From Spirochaetota bacterium (GTDB lineage Bacteria > Spirochaetota > Brevinematia > DTOW01): a DNA stretch of 64,000 bases. Both the position numbers and the translations under genes were made by a program. Positions 48,902 to 60,723 of the stretch are shown piece by piece. The stretch spans positions 33,181 through 97,180 of the forward strand of contig JANXAC010000006.1 of the NCBI GenBank assembly GCA_025061835.1. Direction: 5' to 3'. Below the pieces are notes generated by a model. It worked only from the letters and a program-made list of their open reading frames with translations. It did not search any database and was not told the DNA's origin. Position 1 is the stretch's first letter. Each line of letters starts with the position of its first letter.

Positions 48902-49915
48902 TTAATAATGAATGTCTTCTTGCTTTATCTTACCAGCAAATACCTTGTAAACATAAGACTGATATAATCCTACCAACACCAATCCTATCAAAGCAATAAC
49001 AAGTGTTACGATAAGAGTAAGTTCTCCTGACATCGCGTTATAGATAGTTATGTTGTATTTTTCATCAATTGATGACCTCACAAGGTTGGGATACATAGCA
49101 AGACCGAAAGATAGTATAGCAGATATAAGGGTAATGGATGAGAATACAAACGACTTTTTAAAATCTTCCTTTTGTATCTGAAGTCTCAAGATCAGAAAAC
49201 TGACTACCGCTATAGCCGGAACAATTAGGAACAATGGGTACTTTATGAAGTTGTAAAAAATATGTCTTTCAAATATGATTGAGAATAAAAACCATACCAG
49301 CAGTAGAGACAACGACGATAACCAGAACATTTTAGAGAACGATAATATTCTGCTATACAACTGTCCCTCTGTCTTGTTACCCAAATACGCTAGACTGTGT
49401 AATATGACGAATGATAATGTTGTTATAGCGCTTATTAGTGCGAATGGATTAAGTGCTTCTAAAAGGTGTAGTCTGAAAGGTTGATCAGTCATGTTGACAC
49501 CTTTAAGTATATTAGCACCGGCAGCAGAGAAAACTATAACTATTAGCATACTTGATATAGCCAGTATCCAATCCCATACTCCTCTCCAAACCTTTGATTT
49601 GACTTGACTTCTGAATTCAAACGATACTGCTCTAAGAATTAGAGAGAACGCTAGTAACATTATTGGTATATAAGCAGCACTGAAGAACCTAGCATAAGCG
49701 AGAGGAAATACTCCAAAGAGGAATACACCAAAAGCCAAGACCCAAACTTCATTCCCATCCCAAACTCTACCAATAGCATTCAGAATAACTCTTCTATCAT
49801 TGTCATCTTTTGATAGGAATGGAGATATAAACCCTCCGCCTAGATCAAACCCATCAAGTACTACGTAGATTATAAGGAATGTTCCCAAAACGAAGAACCA
49901 AATTTCTGCGAGCAT
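48902..49915 (-). CDS. cydB: cytochrome bd ubiquinol oxidase subunit II
   Basis: MLAEIWFFVLGTFLIIYVVLDGFDLGGG N-terminus, 8-9 TM helices. 337 aa. Confidence 0.85.
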   Translation of the reverse strand: MLAEIWFFVLGTFLIIYVVLDGFDLGGGFISPFLSKDDNDRRVILNAIGRVWDGNEVWVLAFGVFLFGVFPLAYARFFSAAYIPIMLLAFSLILRAVSFEFRSQVKSKVWRGVWDWILAISSMLIVIVFSAAGANILKGVNMTDQPFRLHLLEALNPFALISAITTLSFVILHSLAYLGNKTEGQLYSRILSFSKMFWLSSLSLLLVWFLFSIIFERHIFYNFIKYPLFLIVPAIAVVSFLILRLQIQKEDFKKSFVFSSITLISAILSFGLAMYPNLVRSSIDEKYNITIYNAMSGELTLIVTLVIALIGLVLVGLYQSYVYKVFAGKIKQEDIHY

Positions 49916-49932
49916 GGACTCCCTCCTAAAGA

Positions 49933-51291
49933 CTATAGAGGTTTATTTTCAGAAATTTCAGAAATAACCTCCTCCTGAATACCTTTCCTAGCGATCTTAA
50001 TTGTTATAAAGGCCCATAGTATTAGAAGTATCGTGTACAAACCCACGAATGTAAACAAAGTAAATCCTACCTCTGTTCCTGTAAGAGGAGACACTGCTTC
50101 TTTTGTCTTAAGTATGCCGTAAATAACCCAAGGTTGCCTACCCACCTCCGTAACTATCCAACCAGCCCAGTTTGCTATTATAGGAAGAGGTATCATAGCA
50201 ATCAACAAGTATAAAAACCACTTAACATTAGGTAAGATTTTAGTGTAGTATAGTATCACAGACGCTATACCTATTATTATAAACATAATTCCCAAAAATA
50301 CCATCACTCTAAAACTCCAGAACAACAGAGGTATATTCGGTAGTTCCTCTTTCTTAAGGTTATACTCTTTCATAAGATCTTTGATACCTTTAACTTCTGC
50401 ATTTATGTCTCTATAAGCCAGTAGAGATAATAATCCAGGTATTCCTATTTCAAGAGTGTTTGTCATGTTTTCTTGGTCAATAAAGCTAACGATCGGTTCC
50501 GCTGCCGACTTTTGTGTGTTCCATAATGCTTCCATCATAGCAAGTTTTAGGGGTTGGTATTCAGCTACATATTCACCACTAAGCGTGCCCATAGGTATCT
50601 GAAGTATTGAGAATATCAAGAATACTATTGCACTGACCTTAAATGCTTTCATGTACTCTTGCGCCAGTCTTCCTTTTAAGAAATGGTATGCAGAAATACC
50701 CATTACAAGACCTGAACCTGCTATGAAACATGCAAGTACGGTATGTGCAAACCTTATAAGGTTTGGAGTATTGAAGGATATAGCCCATAAGTCCGTAAGT
50801 AATATTTTCCCGTTTTCTATCTTATATCCAGTTGGTATTTGCATCCAAGTCATAACTGTAAGTATCCAAAATGCTGATATGAATGTCCCAATCATCACAA
50901 GAAACGCTGAAATAGTTCTCACAAGTGGAGAAATCTTTTTCTCTCCGAAAACCAATATAGAAAGAAATGTTGACTCAAGGAAGAATGCAAATATTGCCTC
51001 CATTGCAAGAGGACCACCTAAAACACCTCCTGCCTTTTCAGCAAAGTTAGACCAGTTAGCACCAAACTGTAGTTCCATAACAATACCTGTTGCTACACCA
51101 ACAGCAAAACCTACTGCAAAGATCTTTACTAGAAAGTTTCCTATCCTTCTATACACATCCTCCTTCTTGAGCATGTAGAGTAGAAAGAATACAAATATCA
51201 GTACTGATAAACCTATTGTGAAGGATGGAAAAACAAAGTGGAACCCCGCAGTTATGGCAAACTGCCATCTTGATAGAATAAGAGGATCCAT
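49933..51291 (-). CDS. cydA: cytochrome bd ubiquinol oxidase subunit I
   Basis: LSRWQFAITAGFHFVFPSFTIGLS N-terminus, Q-loop region, GRQPW motif near the C-terminus. 452 aa. Confidence 0.85.
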   Translation of the reverse strand: MDPLILSRWQFAITAGFHFVFPSFTIGLSVLIFVFFLLYMLKKEDVYRRIGNFLVKIFAVGFAVGVATGIVMELQFGANWSNFAEKAGGVLGGPLAMEAIFAFFLESTFLSILVFGEKKISPLVRTISAFLVMIGTFISAFWILTVMTWMQIPTGYKIENGKILLTDLWAISFNTPNLIRFAHTVLACFIAGSGLVMGISAYHFLKGRLAQEYMKAFKVSAIVFLIFSILQIPMGTLSGEYVAEYQPLKLAMMEALWNTQKSAAEPIVSFIDQENMTNTLEIGIPGLLSLLAYRDINAEVKGIKDLMKEYNLKKEELPNIPLLFWSFRVMVFLGIMFIIIGIASVILYYTKILPNVKWFLYLLIAMIPLPIIANWAGWIVTEVGRQPWVIYGILKTKEAVSPLTGTEVGFTLFTFVGLYTILLILWAFITIKIARKGIQEEVISEISENKPL

Positions 51292-51463
51292 ACATACCTC
51301 CTTGCCTCTAGAGTAACATAAAAGACTTTTTATGAGACTTTCAACTAACCTAGTTTGGTGTGAAATAGAATTTCCACATAGAATATTTCCTTAACTGTAT
51401 TCCCAAAGAATGTTGAAAATTCAATTACAAACTTTTTTAATTATGTATAACAGGGAGGTTCGT

Positions 51464-53038
51464 ATGGATAAGCTTGCTAGAAAGATAAAGCGTGAGAAAA
51501 AAATCAAAGAATTTTTAACGGCGTTTGCTTTCCTTACTCCAAACTTTTTTGGTTTTCTACTAATAACAGCATTTCCTGTGGTAGCTGTCTTTTTTCTTGC
51601 TCTTGCAAAGTGGGATGGAATAAGTTATCCTTCCAATGCTAAAGGAACTGTATCTTTTTTCTTGTCCTCTCCAGCACAAGAAGATATTTATATACCTAAG
51701 GGAACTGTAATAGAATCAGAAGTTGATCTAACAAAGAGATTTTCAGCAAAGGTTGATAAAAATATTCTACAATCTACTACGTATAAATTACCAAAAATAA
51801 ATGAAACAACGGTTATACCTATAACAGTAAGAGGTAGAGAAGATTACATTTACACATTCCCCGCAAACTATGAATTTACCGTTGAATTTGTTGTCAGGTA
51901 TGATGATGGCAGTGGTAATTTAGTTGCGACCAACACTATAGTTAAGTTTTTCAACGAAAGTGAATTTGAAGTAGCAGTAGGATCTTCCATTGAAGTCTAC
52001 GGCAAAATTAAAGAAGTTGTTAGTGGGGTCTATAAAGAAGGCATCATCGTGGATGTTGAAAATATATCTGTTAGAGCTAGCTATTCAAAGAAGATCAGGT
52101 TTGTTGGCATTACAGAAGAAGGTGTTAGCATACCAAAAGGTTCAACTAATGCTCAATATCCTGTAAAAGTATCTTCAGTCAAGAACGGTGAGGAATTCAA
52201 CCTTCAGGAAGGAACACTTCTTATTCCAATAAATGATCTGCCTTTCAAAGGTATTAGGGGAATAGTTGATACTTCTTTTATTGGTGGTAAAACAGGGATA
52301 CAGTTTGTTGGACTTGATAATTTTAGAACTTTATTCACAAAGGATAGAGACTTCTGGAGATATTTCTTAAATACTCTAATATTCATGTTACAAATACCTC
52401 TGGGAATGGCTTTTGCAATCATACTAGCATTAGCACTTAATCAAAAACTAAAAGGTATAACATTCTTTAGAACTCTTTACTTCTTACCTTACATTTCAAA
52501 CTTAGTTGCAGTCGCAATGTTATGGAGATGGATATACAATGATCAAGGACTTCTTAATGAACTACTAAAGAGTATCGGTGTTATAAACCCACCAAGTTGG
52601 TTAGGTGATGGTAACTGGGCAAAAGTTGCAATAATCGTCATGGATGTATGGAAGAATGTAGGATACACTATGCTAGTATATCTTGCTTCTTTGCAGCAGA
52701 TACCATCCTTTTTGTATGAAGCAGCTGATATAGACGGCGCAAACGAGGTTCAAAAATTTGCTTACATAACTTGGCCTATGCTAGCACCAACAAACTTCTT
52801 TATAATCATCATAGGTGTGATAAATGGATTTCAAGCGTTCGGATCACAGTATGTATTGACCGGAGGAGGTCCTGCCGGTGCTACTAAAACAATAGTTTAT
52901 TACATATATAACAATGCATTCCAGTGGTTCCAAATGGGATATGCTGCAACACTATCCGTCTTCTTGTTCATCGTTATGATGATATTTACAATAATTCAAT
53001 GGAGAATGGGTAGAGAATCTACTACTTCTTCATGGTAA
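51464..53038 (+). CDS. carbohydrate ABC transporter permease (MalF-like, with large extracytoplasmic insert)
   Basis: ABC TMD with EAA-like loop (ASLQQIPSFLYEAADIDGANEVQKF). About 230-aa soluble insert after TM1. Start at ATG with GGGAGG SD. Confidence 0.7.
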   Translation: MDKLARKIKREKKIKEFLTAFAFLTPNFFGFLLITAFPVVAVFFLALAKWDGISYPSNAKGTVSFFLSSPAQEDIYIPKGTVIESEVDLTKRFSAKVDKNILQSTTYKLPKINETTVIPITVRGREDYIYTFPANYEFTVEFVVRYDDGSGNLVATNTIVKFFNESEFEVAVGSSIEVYGKIKEVVSGVYKEGIIVDVENISVRASYSKKIRFVGITEEGVSIPKGSTNAQYPVKVSSVKNGEEFNLQEGTLLIPINDLPFKGIRGIVDTSFIGGKTGIQFVGLDNFRTLFTKDRDFWRYFLNTLIFMLQIPLGMAFAIILALALNQKLKGITFFRTLYFLPYISNLVAVAMLWRWIYNDQGLLNELLKSIGVINPPSWLGDGNWAKVAIIVMDVWKNVGYTMLVYLASLQQIPSFLYEAADIDGANEVQKFAYITWPMLAPTNFFIIIIGVINGFQAFGSQYVLTGGGPAGATKTIVYYIYNNAFQWFQMGYAATLSVFLFIVMMIFTIIQWRMGRESTTSSW

Positions 53039-53053
53039 TATAAGGAGGTAAAT

Positions 53054-53998
53054 ATGGCAACAAGAGAAGCTTTTTATGGTCAAAGTTTAGTTGAAGAGAG
53101 AAGAAGAAAGGAGATTGTTAGGAACATATTCGCTTACATAGTTTTATCAATAGGTGCTCTGACAATGGTGATACCATTCTTTTGGACTATATCTACTGCT
53201 TTGAAAGACCCCGAAGATATTTACGACAAACTGTTTATACCCAAGAGATTCAGCTACATATATGTGGACCAAAATGGAAACTTCGTTCATGGTAGTTATC
53301 GCGAGGGATATACTGAAGTTAGAGCATGGTGGGCTAATTTTGTTAAGGCCTGGATATCGGTTCCCTTTGATAAGTATTATAGGAACAGTTTGTTAGTTGC
53401 GACTGTTACCACACTTGGGCAACTTGTTACTTGTACATTAGCTGCTTATGCATTTGCTAGGTTAAGATGGGTTGGAAGAGATGCTGTGTTTCTTCTATAC
53501 CTAGGAACACTAATGATACCATTTACTGTAACTATGATACCAGTATATATCCTTTTCAAAGTGTTAGGACTTGTAAATACTTTAGTTGCAGTTATACTCC
53601 CTGCTTTATTTTCTGCCTTCGGGACATTCCTGTTAAGACAGTTCTTCGTATCAATTCCTTATGACCTTGAAGAAGCTGCTTTCATTGACGGTGCTAATAG
53701 ACTGCAAATACTATGGCATGTAATACTACCTCTGTCCAAAGGAGCACTGGCTACACTAGGAACCTTCACTTTCTTGTTCCAATGGAATGACTTCTTATGG
53801 CCGTTGATTGTGCTAAACTCCGAAGAAATCCAGACTATCCCTGTCGGATTAACTGCGTTCCAAACTGCTTATGGCTCACAGTGGGAGTTGGTTATGGCTG
53901 CATCACTCATAGCTCTAATACCTGTCATAATAATATATGTCTTCAACCAGAGGTTCTTCACAGAGAGTATAATGTTATCAGGATTCGGTGGAAGATAG
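53054..53998 (+). CDS. carbohydrate ABC transporter permease (MalG-like)
   Basis: Six TM helices, EAA loop (DLEEAAFIDGANRLQILWHVILP). 314 aa. Confidence 0.75.
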   Translation: MATREAFYGQSLVEERRRKEIVRNIFAYIVLSIGALTMVIPFFWTISTALKDPEDIYDKLFIPKRFSYIYVDQNGNFVHGSYREGYTEVRAWWANFVKAWISVPFDKYYRNSLLVATVTTLGQLVTCTLAAYAFARLRWVGRDAVFLLYLGTLMIPFTVTMIPVYILFKVLGLVNTLVAVILPALFSAFGTFLLRQFFVSIPYDLEEAAFIDGANRLQILWHVILPLSKGALATLGTFTFLFQWNDFLWPLIVLNSEEIQTIPVGLTAFQTAYGSQWELVMAASLIALIPVIIIYVFNQRFFTESIMLSGFGGR

Positions 53999-54002
53999 TC
54001 TT

Positions 54003-54281
54003 ATGAACGAGATAGGACTAATAATTAGATTATTGAACGAGACACTAATACAAACTGCAATACTATCCTTACCATTTCTTATAATATCACTACTTGTCGG
54101 TCTAATAATAAGTATTTTCCAAGCTACTACATCAATACAAGAACAAACATTAACTTTTGTACCTAAATTTATTGCTATAGGTTTACTTATTCTCTTAATA
54201 GGACCTATACTCATAAGAGTCTTTACTGACTTTACTATAAGATTATTCGACCTTATGGCAACTGGGATTAGAGGCTTATGA
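54003..54281 (+). CDS. fliQ: flagellar biosynthetic protein FliQ
   Basis: 92 aa, two TM helices. Canonical FliQ block SIFQATTSIQEQTLTFVPKFIAIG. ATG 4 nt after the permease stop, no fliP/fliR adjacent. Confidence 0.8.
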   Translation: MNEIGLIIRLLNETLIQTAILSLPFLIISLLVGLIISIFQATTSIQEQTLTFVPKFIAIGLLILLIGPILIRVFTDFTIRLFDLMATGIRGL

Positions 54282-54425
54282 GGATGTAAAGTAAAATCTA
54301 TCTATCATCCGAAAATACATCTTGAGATAGTAGTAAAGATTGATTTTATGGTTTATTGAAAGTTAGAAGAGTTTTTTTTATAATAGAACTAAAGCATAGT
54401 TCAAGTTATTTTATGGAGGTATATT

Positions 54426-54764
54426 ATGGAAATCTCTAGAAGGGAAATAGGGGATGTTGTTGTCTTTGATGTAAATGGTGAGATAGACCTCTATAATGCT
54501 CCTCAAATAAAGGAGCTAGTAAGACAGGAAATAGAAAAAGGTAAGGTTAACATTGTTGTGAATCTTGATAAGGTTAGTTATATAGACTCCTCTGGTATAG
54601 GTGTTCTTATATCCAGTCTTTCAAACTTGAAAAAAGTAGGAGGAGGATTAAAGTTATCTAATGTATACGCTTCCGTAAGAAAAGTTTTTGAATTAACCAA
54701 GCTAACAGGGTTTTTTGATATATACGATTCGGTTGAAAATGCTGTAAACTCTTTCAATCAGTAA
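54426..54764 (+). CDS. STAS-domain anti-sigma-factor antagonist (SpoIIAA/RsbV-like)
   Basis: 112 aa. VVFDVNGEIDLYNAPQIKE...VNLDKVSYIDSSGIGVLI, including the conserved phosphorylatable Ser region. Confidence 0.75.
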   Translation: MEISRREIGDVVVFDVNGEIDLYNAPQIKELVRQEIEKGKVNIVVNLDKVSYIDSSGIGVLISSLSNLKKVGGGLKLSNVYASVRKVFELTKLTGFFDIYDSVENAVNSFNQ

Positions 54765-54827
54765 TTCTATAGAGACTACTCAAAAAATATTGCTTTAAAT
54801 AATACTTTTCTTTACGATATTTTCTAT

Positions 54828-55631
54828 ATGAAATTTTTTCTAGTTATTCTCTTAGTTCCTTTACTTGCTCTAATTTCATGCGGACGAGAAGAAAATAATA
54901 TATCTAATATAATTTCAGAAGTTGAACAAAAAGAAACAGAACTGAAGGATGTAGGTACCCCCCAATTTTTGATTGAAGAGCAAAAAGGACTTGAGACAAA
55001 TACAAACCAACAGACTGTTGTTAAAGATGTTGATGAATTCTTTGAGACGAAAACATTGAAAACAACAAAATTAAATACCACAAACACAAATATTCAAGAA
55101 CAGAAATTAGAACCTAGTGAGGAAGATAAAGCATTTCTCGTATCTGAAAATAGGTATGATATTAAAAAAGAGAACACTACTGATCCTAAAGCCACTACGC
55201 AAAAACCTAAAACCAAACAAGTAAAAACTAATAAAAGAGGTGTTAAAGTATTCTTTTCCTACAGAAACGGTAAAAACTATATTGATACGAGAAATCCTGG
55301 TAAAATAACTACTGTGGTTTATGTTAGTAGGAATATATGGTATATTGATTACAGTGTATATGCTATACCATACGATAAGTTAAATAACTACAAAAAATAT
55401 CTTTCCAGCAGATATCTAATTGGTATAGGTAGGAACATAAGTGTTGTTGATTTAAGAAGCCAACTTACCGTTTATTGGAGAGGTAGAAACATTAACAAGA
55501 AAACACTACCAAACGGTAAGTACTCAATAGTTGTAAAAACCAGTTATAAAAACAAAAGTAAAAAAGTTATTTCCACAAGCACCAAAATTCTAGGTGGTAG
55601 TAAACCTCTAGTAGTTATACTTGCTAATTAG
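54828..55631 (+). CDS. hypothetical lipoprotein
   Basis: Lipobox LALISCG. 267 aa, K/N/T-rich. Confidence 0.45.
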   Translation: MKFFLVILLVPLLALISCGREENNISNIISEVEQKETELKDVGTPQFLIEEQKGLETNTNQQTVVKDVDEFFETKTLKTTKLNTTNTNIQEQKLEPSEEDKAFLVSENRYDIKKENTTDPKATTQKPKTKQVKTNKRGVKVFFSYRNGKNYIDTRNPGKITTVVYVSRNIWYIDYSVYAIPYDKLNNYKKYLSSRYLIGIGRNISVVDLRSQLTVYWRGRNINKKTLPNGKYSIVVKTSYKNKSKKVISTSTKILGGSKPLVVILAN

Positions 55632-55960
55632 TTACATCCACAACTATCATCACCACATCCACATTGATCTTTAGGGTTTACAACCTTAAACCCTTCCCCA
55701 AACACTTCATCTTTTACATAATCAATAGTAGATCCTTTAGCCTCTTCGTAGCTTACAGGGTCAACTATTATCTTAACTCCGTTAGTTTCAAAGATTAGGT
55801 CATCAGAGTTTTTCTTGTCGTCTATAGAGAGTCCGTATTTTTGTCCCGAACAACCACATCCTCCTGTCATGACTGAAAATCTCAAAAAGACATCCTTTAT
55901 ATTATTTTCTTCAAGTATCTTTTTTATGACACTAGCTGCTGCTTCTGTAAGAGTTATCAT
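55628..55960 (-). CDS. HesB/IscA-family iron-sulfur cluster insertion protein with extended Cys-rich tail
   Basis: ITLTEAAASVIKKIL...LRFSVMTGGCGCSGQKYGL...IDYVKDEVFGEGFKVVNPKDQCGCG, followed by an extra DDSCGCN. Confidence 0.7.
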   Translation of the reverse strand: MITLTEAAASVIKKILEENNIKDVFLRFSVMTGGCGCSGQKYGLSIDDKKNSDDLIFETNGVKIIVDPVSYEEAKGSTIDYVKDEVFGEGFKVVNPKDQCGCGDDSCGCN

Positions 55961-56105
55961 AAGAACCTCCTTTATGCAGATTAGAATATACGAAAACATA
56001 AATCAAAAGTCTAATGATTTGGTAGTTCTATCAGAATACGTTTCAACTTGAAAAAGTTAAATTTTTACTTATAAAATTTTTTATCTTACGATAGTTTGGA
56101 GGTAG

Positions 56106-57383
<1,278 letters not shown>

Positions 57384-57549
57384 AACGGCTCTATCAAACG
57401 AAAAGACAAGAGATAATTCGTCCTAAGGCTGTATATATTTTTCTAACATAGACGATGTTGAATACATTTATCTAGTTTGTTATATTTATTCTAACTTTAC
57501 TAAAATTCTCTTTAAGCGAAATAAAACACATGCTTGGAGGTAGAGTTAA

Positions 57550-58116
57550 ATGAGAGAGATAGTTAAATACGGAAATCCTGTATTACACAAACCTGCAGAA
57601 GAAGTCAGGGAATTTAATGAAGAACTAAAGCAACTAGTGGATGAGATGTTTGAAATTATGAATTCTAACAATGGTGTTGGACTTGCTGCACCACAGATAG
57701 GCTTGCCTATTAGAGTTGCAGTAGTTGATGTTTCACCAGCTGGATACAAAGGTAGAGCAGTGCTAATTAATCCTGTTATTAAGAACACCTCAAAGAAATA
57801 CACTCTTGAAGAAGAAGGTTGTCTTTCAGTACCAGGTTTGTATCTACCCATATTGAGACATTACTCAATATCGGTTGAATATTCTGACTTTGATGGAAGA
57901 AGAAACATTCTAAACGCTACAGGATACTTCGCTAAAGCAATCCAACACGAAATAGACCACCTTGATGGTATCCTCTTTGTTGAAAGATTTGTAGAAACAT
58001 TTGATATTGATAAGATAGATGACCAAAAATTAAAAGAGCAGATAATGGAAGTTTTAGATGTTGTAAACAAATTCAAGAGTGAAAGGATCCTAGAAAGCAA
58101 TATCAAAAACTTATAA
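57550..58116 (+). CDS. def: peptide deformylase
   Basis: GVGLAAPQIG, EGCLSVPG and HEIDHLDG metal-binding motifs. Confidence 0.9.
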   Translation: MREIVKYGNPVLHKPAEEVREFNEELKQLVDEMFEIMNSNNGVGLAAPQIGLPIRVAVVDVSPAGYKGRAVLINPVIKNTSKKYTLEEEGCLSVPGLYLPILRHYSISVEYSDFDGRRNILNATGYFAKAIQHEIDHLDGILFVERFVETFDIDKIDDQKLKEQIMEVLDVVNKFKSERILESNIKNL

Positions 58117-58177
58117 TTAACTAGACTTAGTCTTCTACAAAAACATTATCTATGTCATAAACTTAGCGAGGTATGCT

Positions 58178-58978
58178 ATGTTAGAAGAAATTGTAAAACT
58201 TAAGATTGAAGAACTCAAAGAAGTAAAAGCATCTCTTCCAATTAGAGAACTGAAAAGTATAATCAAACAAAACAATTACAGAACCAGAGGTTTTCTAAAC
58301 ACACTCAAGAACAAAATTGCTAGTGGTAAGCCTGGATTGATAGCAGAGATAAAGTTTGCTTCCCCATCAAAAGGAGTTATTAGAAACAATATTTCACTAG
58401 AAGAAGTTTCAGATGTATATGAAAGGAATAGTTTTGTTGATTGTATTTCTGTTCTAACTGAAAAAAGATTCTTCCATGGTGATATATCTTTCATCACAAA
58501 AACAAGAACCATCACTACAAAACCAATTTTGAGAAAAGATTTTATAATTGACGAATATCAGATATATGAGAGCATTTACTATGGTGCAGATTGTATCTTA
58601 CTTATAGTATCATCCTTGTCAAGGAGTCAACTTGTAGAATTTCTTGATACATCTAAAGAGTTAGGATTAGATGTATTGGTTGAAATTTTTGAAGATGACG
58701 ATATTCAGAAAATTGAAGGACTTAACATTGAATTACTAGGTATAAATAGTAGAAACCTAAAAACTTTGGAAGTTTCTCTTGATAATCATCTCTATATGTT
58801 AAATAAGATTAACTTAAGACCTTCAGTATTGGTTGCCGAAAGTGGAATAAAAAATAGATATGATGTTATTAGAGAAATATCTAACGGATTTAATGCTTTC
58901 TTGATAGGTGAGAGTATAATGTCTTCTGATAATATGTCTCTCAAAATAAACAGCCTTTTTGAAGGTGTGAATCTATAG
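58178..58978 (+). CDS. trpC: indole-3-glycerol phosphate synthase (stand-alone)
   Basis: IAEIKFASPSKGVI and TIM-barrel IGPS blocks. 266 aa. No other trp genes nearby. Confidence 0.8.
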   Translation: MLEEIVKLKIEELKEVKASLPIRELKSIIKQNNYRTRGFLNTLKNKIASGKPGLIAEIKFASPSKGVIRNNISLEEVSDVYERNSFVDCISVLTEKRFFHGDISFITKTRTITTKPILRKDFIIDEYQIYESIYYGADCILLIVSSLSRSQLVEFLDTSKELGLDVLVEIFEDDDIQKIEGLNIELLGINSRNLKTLEVSLDNHLYMLNKINLRPSVLVAESGIKNRYDVIREISNGFNAFLIGESIMSSDNMSLKINSLFEGVNL

Positions 58979-59069
58979 TTATTACTTTTACGATTTCTTT
59001 ACAAGAATTTTTTACGGAATTTACAAATTACTACTAGAATTTATATTGAGTTCTCTTGGAGGTAAAAAG

Positions 59070-59489
59070 ATGACGATTATGAAAAACATAAACACAATCA
59101 AAGCAGGAGACATTATGACAACAGACTTCTTTGTATGTAAAGAAGACTTTAGCCTATTCCTTGCTATAGATAAGATAATGAGAAGAAAAGTTCACTCAAT
59201 AGTAGTAGTTGATGACAATGGGCAGATGAAGGATATAATATCTCCTACAGACTTGTTGAAGGTAGTTTTTCTTGATTATACAGATTATCATAGCATGAAG
59301 GTATCAGATATCGTTAAAAAGAATAGAGAGATATTATACATATCAGAAGATACAAGCCTTTCTGAAATAATAAAGGCTATGAGAACATATAGCATATCAA
59401 CCCTGATAGTTGCCGATGAGTCTCTTAAACCTATAGGTATAGTTCATATAAAGGATGTCTTGAAGATGATAGAGACGATACTTATGTAG
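59070..59489 (+). CDS. CBS-pair domain protein
   Basis: Two CBS motifs (IMTTDFFVC..., STLIVADESLKPIGIVHIKDVL). Start at ATG with GGAGGT SD. Confidence 0.7.
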   Translation: MTIMKNINTIKAGDIMTTDFFVCKEDFSLFLAIDKIMRRKVHSIVVVDDNGQMKDIISPTDLLKVVFLDYTDYHSMKVSDIVKKNREILYISEDTSLSEIIKAMRTYSISTLIVADESLKPIGIVHIKDVLKMIETILM

Positions 59490-59500
59490 GAGGGTGTAAA

Positions 59501-60682
59501 ATGTTAGGTTCACTTCAAAAAGAGGAATATTTCAAAATATACGAACCTAGCAGGCAGTTTCCTATCAACCTGTTAGGTTTTGCTGCCAAAAAGTCTGTTG
59601 TAGTTGATTCTAATGTTACAACTGATGAAGTTGTGAACCTGCTTCTAAAAGATAACGAGATAGCGTTTGTGATAGTAACAAGTGGTGATGAGATAATAAA
59701 TGTTTTAGAGTCCAAAGATATATTGAATATAATATCTGCTAGATTTGGTCAGCACATATACGGGAATAAACCAGTGATTAAAATAGCAAACAGACTACAG
59801 AAGAATTTTTCTTTGATTGAAGCAAATAAGCCTGTAAGGTCAATAATACAGAAGATTTCAAAGAACAAACAACGAATAGTCATAACAATAAATGGTAATA
59901 TTTATGGAGCAACTAATCCTGATATAATTTACTCAGTCCTACTCAAGATAATAGAAGAAGACTCAAAAGAGACAGGAAGACTGCAAAATATGATAATAAA
60001 CAAATCTCTATATCCAAGTAACGTTATAAACTATGAGGCTGTTTCAATACCGTCGTTTAATGCTGGTGGAGACTATATCTTTGTAAAGGATGTAGATAAC
60101 AACCAAACACTGGTAGTTATCGCAGATGTGTCAGGTAAAGGAACTTCCGCAGCTATAATTACGAGCATGATAAGTTTCTTTTTCAAGAGTTTAGTTGAAA
60201 GCAAGATAACAAAAGAAGTACTAGTAAAATCAATAGTCAGACTCAACAATACTATCATAGACTACTTTGATTACGAAAAATACATTACAATGGTGCTTTG
60301 TGTTGTTAATAAACTTTCCAGGAGTATAAGTATAGTCAATATGGGACATCAGCCTGTATATGTATTTGAGAAAGAAGAAATTATCCAGAAGAGAGCACAT
60401 AATACTCCTATAGGTCTTATGGATTTAAGTGAAGATAGTATTGTTATTGATGATACTACACTAGGACGAAATAAGAAAGTCTTTCTTTTCACTGATGGAG
60501 TTACAGATATAAAGAATTCTGACGAGATGGAATATGGAGAGAAGAGATTAGAAGCAATACTTCTGTCCTATGATAACACCGAAGATATAAAATCATACTT
60601 ACTTGAGGATATTATGTCGTTTTCTGAAGATCAATACCAGGTTGATGACATATCTTTCATAATATTTGAGATCAAAGATTAG
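59501..60682 (+). CDS. CBS-pair + PP2C (SpoIIE/RsbU-type) serine phosphatase
   Basis: N-terminal CBS pair. C-terminal PPM block GGDYIFVKDVDNNQTLVVIADVSGKG ... FLFTDGVTD ... DDISFIIFEI. Confidence 0.65.
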   Translation: MLGSLQKEEYFKIYEPSRQFPINLLGFAAKKSVVVDSNVTTDEVVNLLLKDNEIAFVIVTSGDEIINVLESKDILNIISARFGQHIYGNKPVIKIANRLQKNFSLIEANKPVRSIIQKISKNKQRIVITINGNIYGATNPDIIYSVLLKIIEEDSKETGRLQNMIINKSLYPSNVINYEAVSIPSFNAGGDYIFVKDVDNNQTLVVIADVSGKGTSAAIITSMISFFFKSLVESKITKEVLVKSIVRLNNTIIDYFDYEKYITMVLCVVNKLSRSISIVNMGHQPVYVFEKEEIIQKRAHNTPIGLMDLSEDSIVIDDTTLGRNKKVFLFTDGVTDIKNSDEMEYGEKRLEAILLSYDNTEDIKSYLLEDIMSFSEDQYQVDDISFIIFEIKD

Positions 60683-60723
60683 AAACTACAAAGTAAATTT
60701 GTCAACCGATTAATATTTAATAA

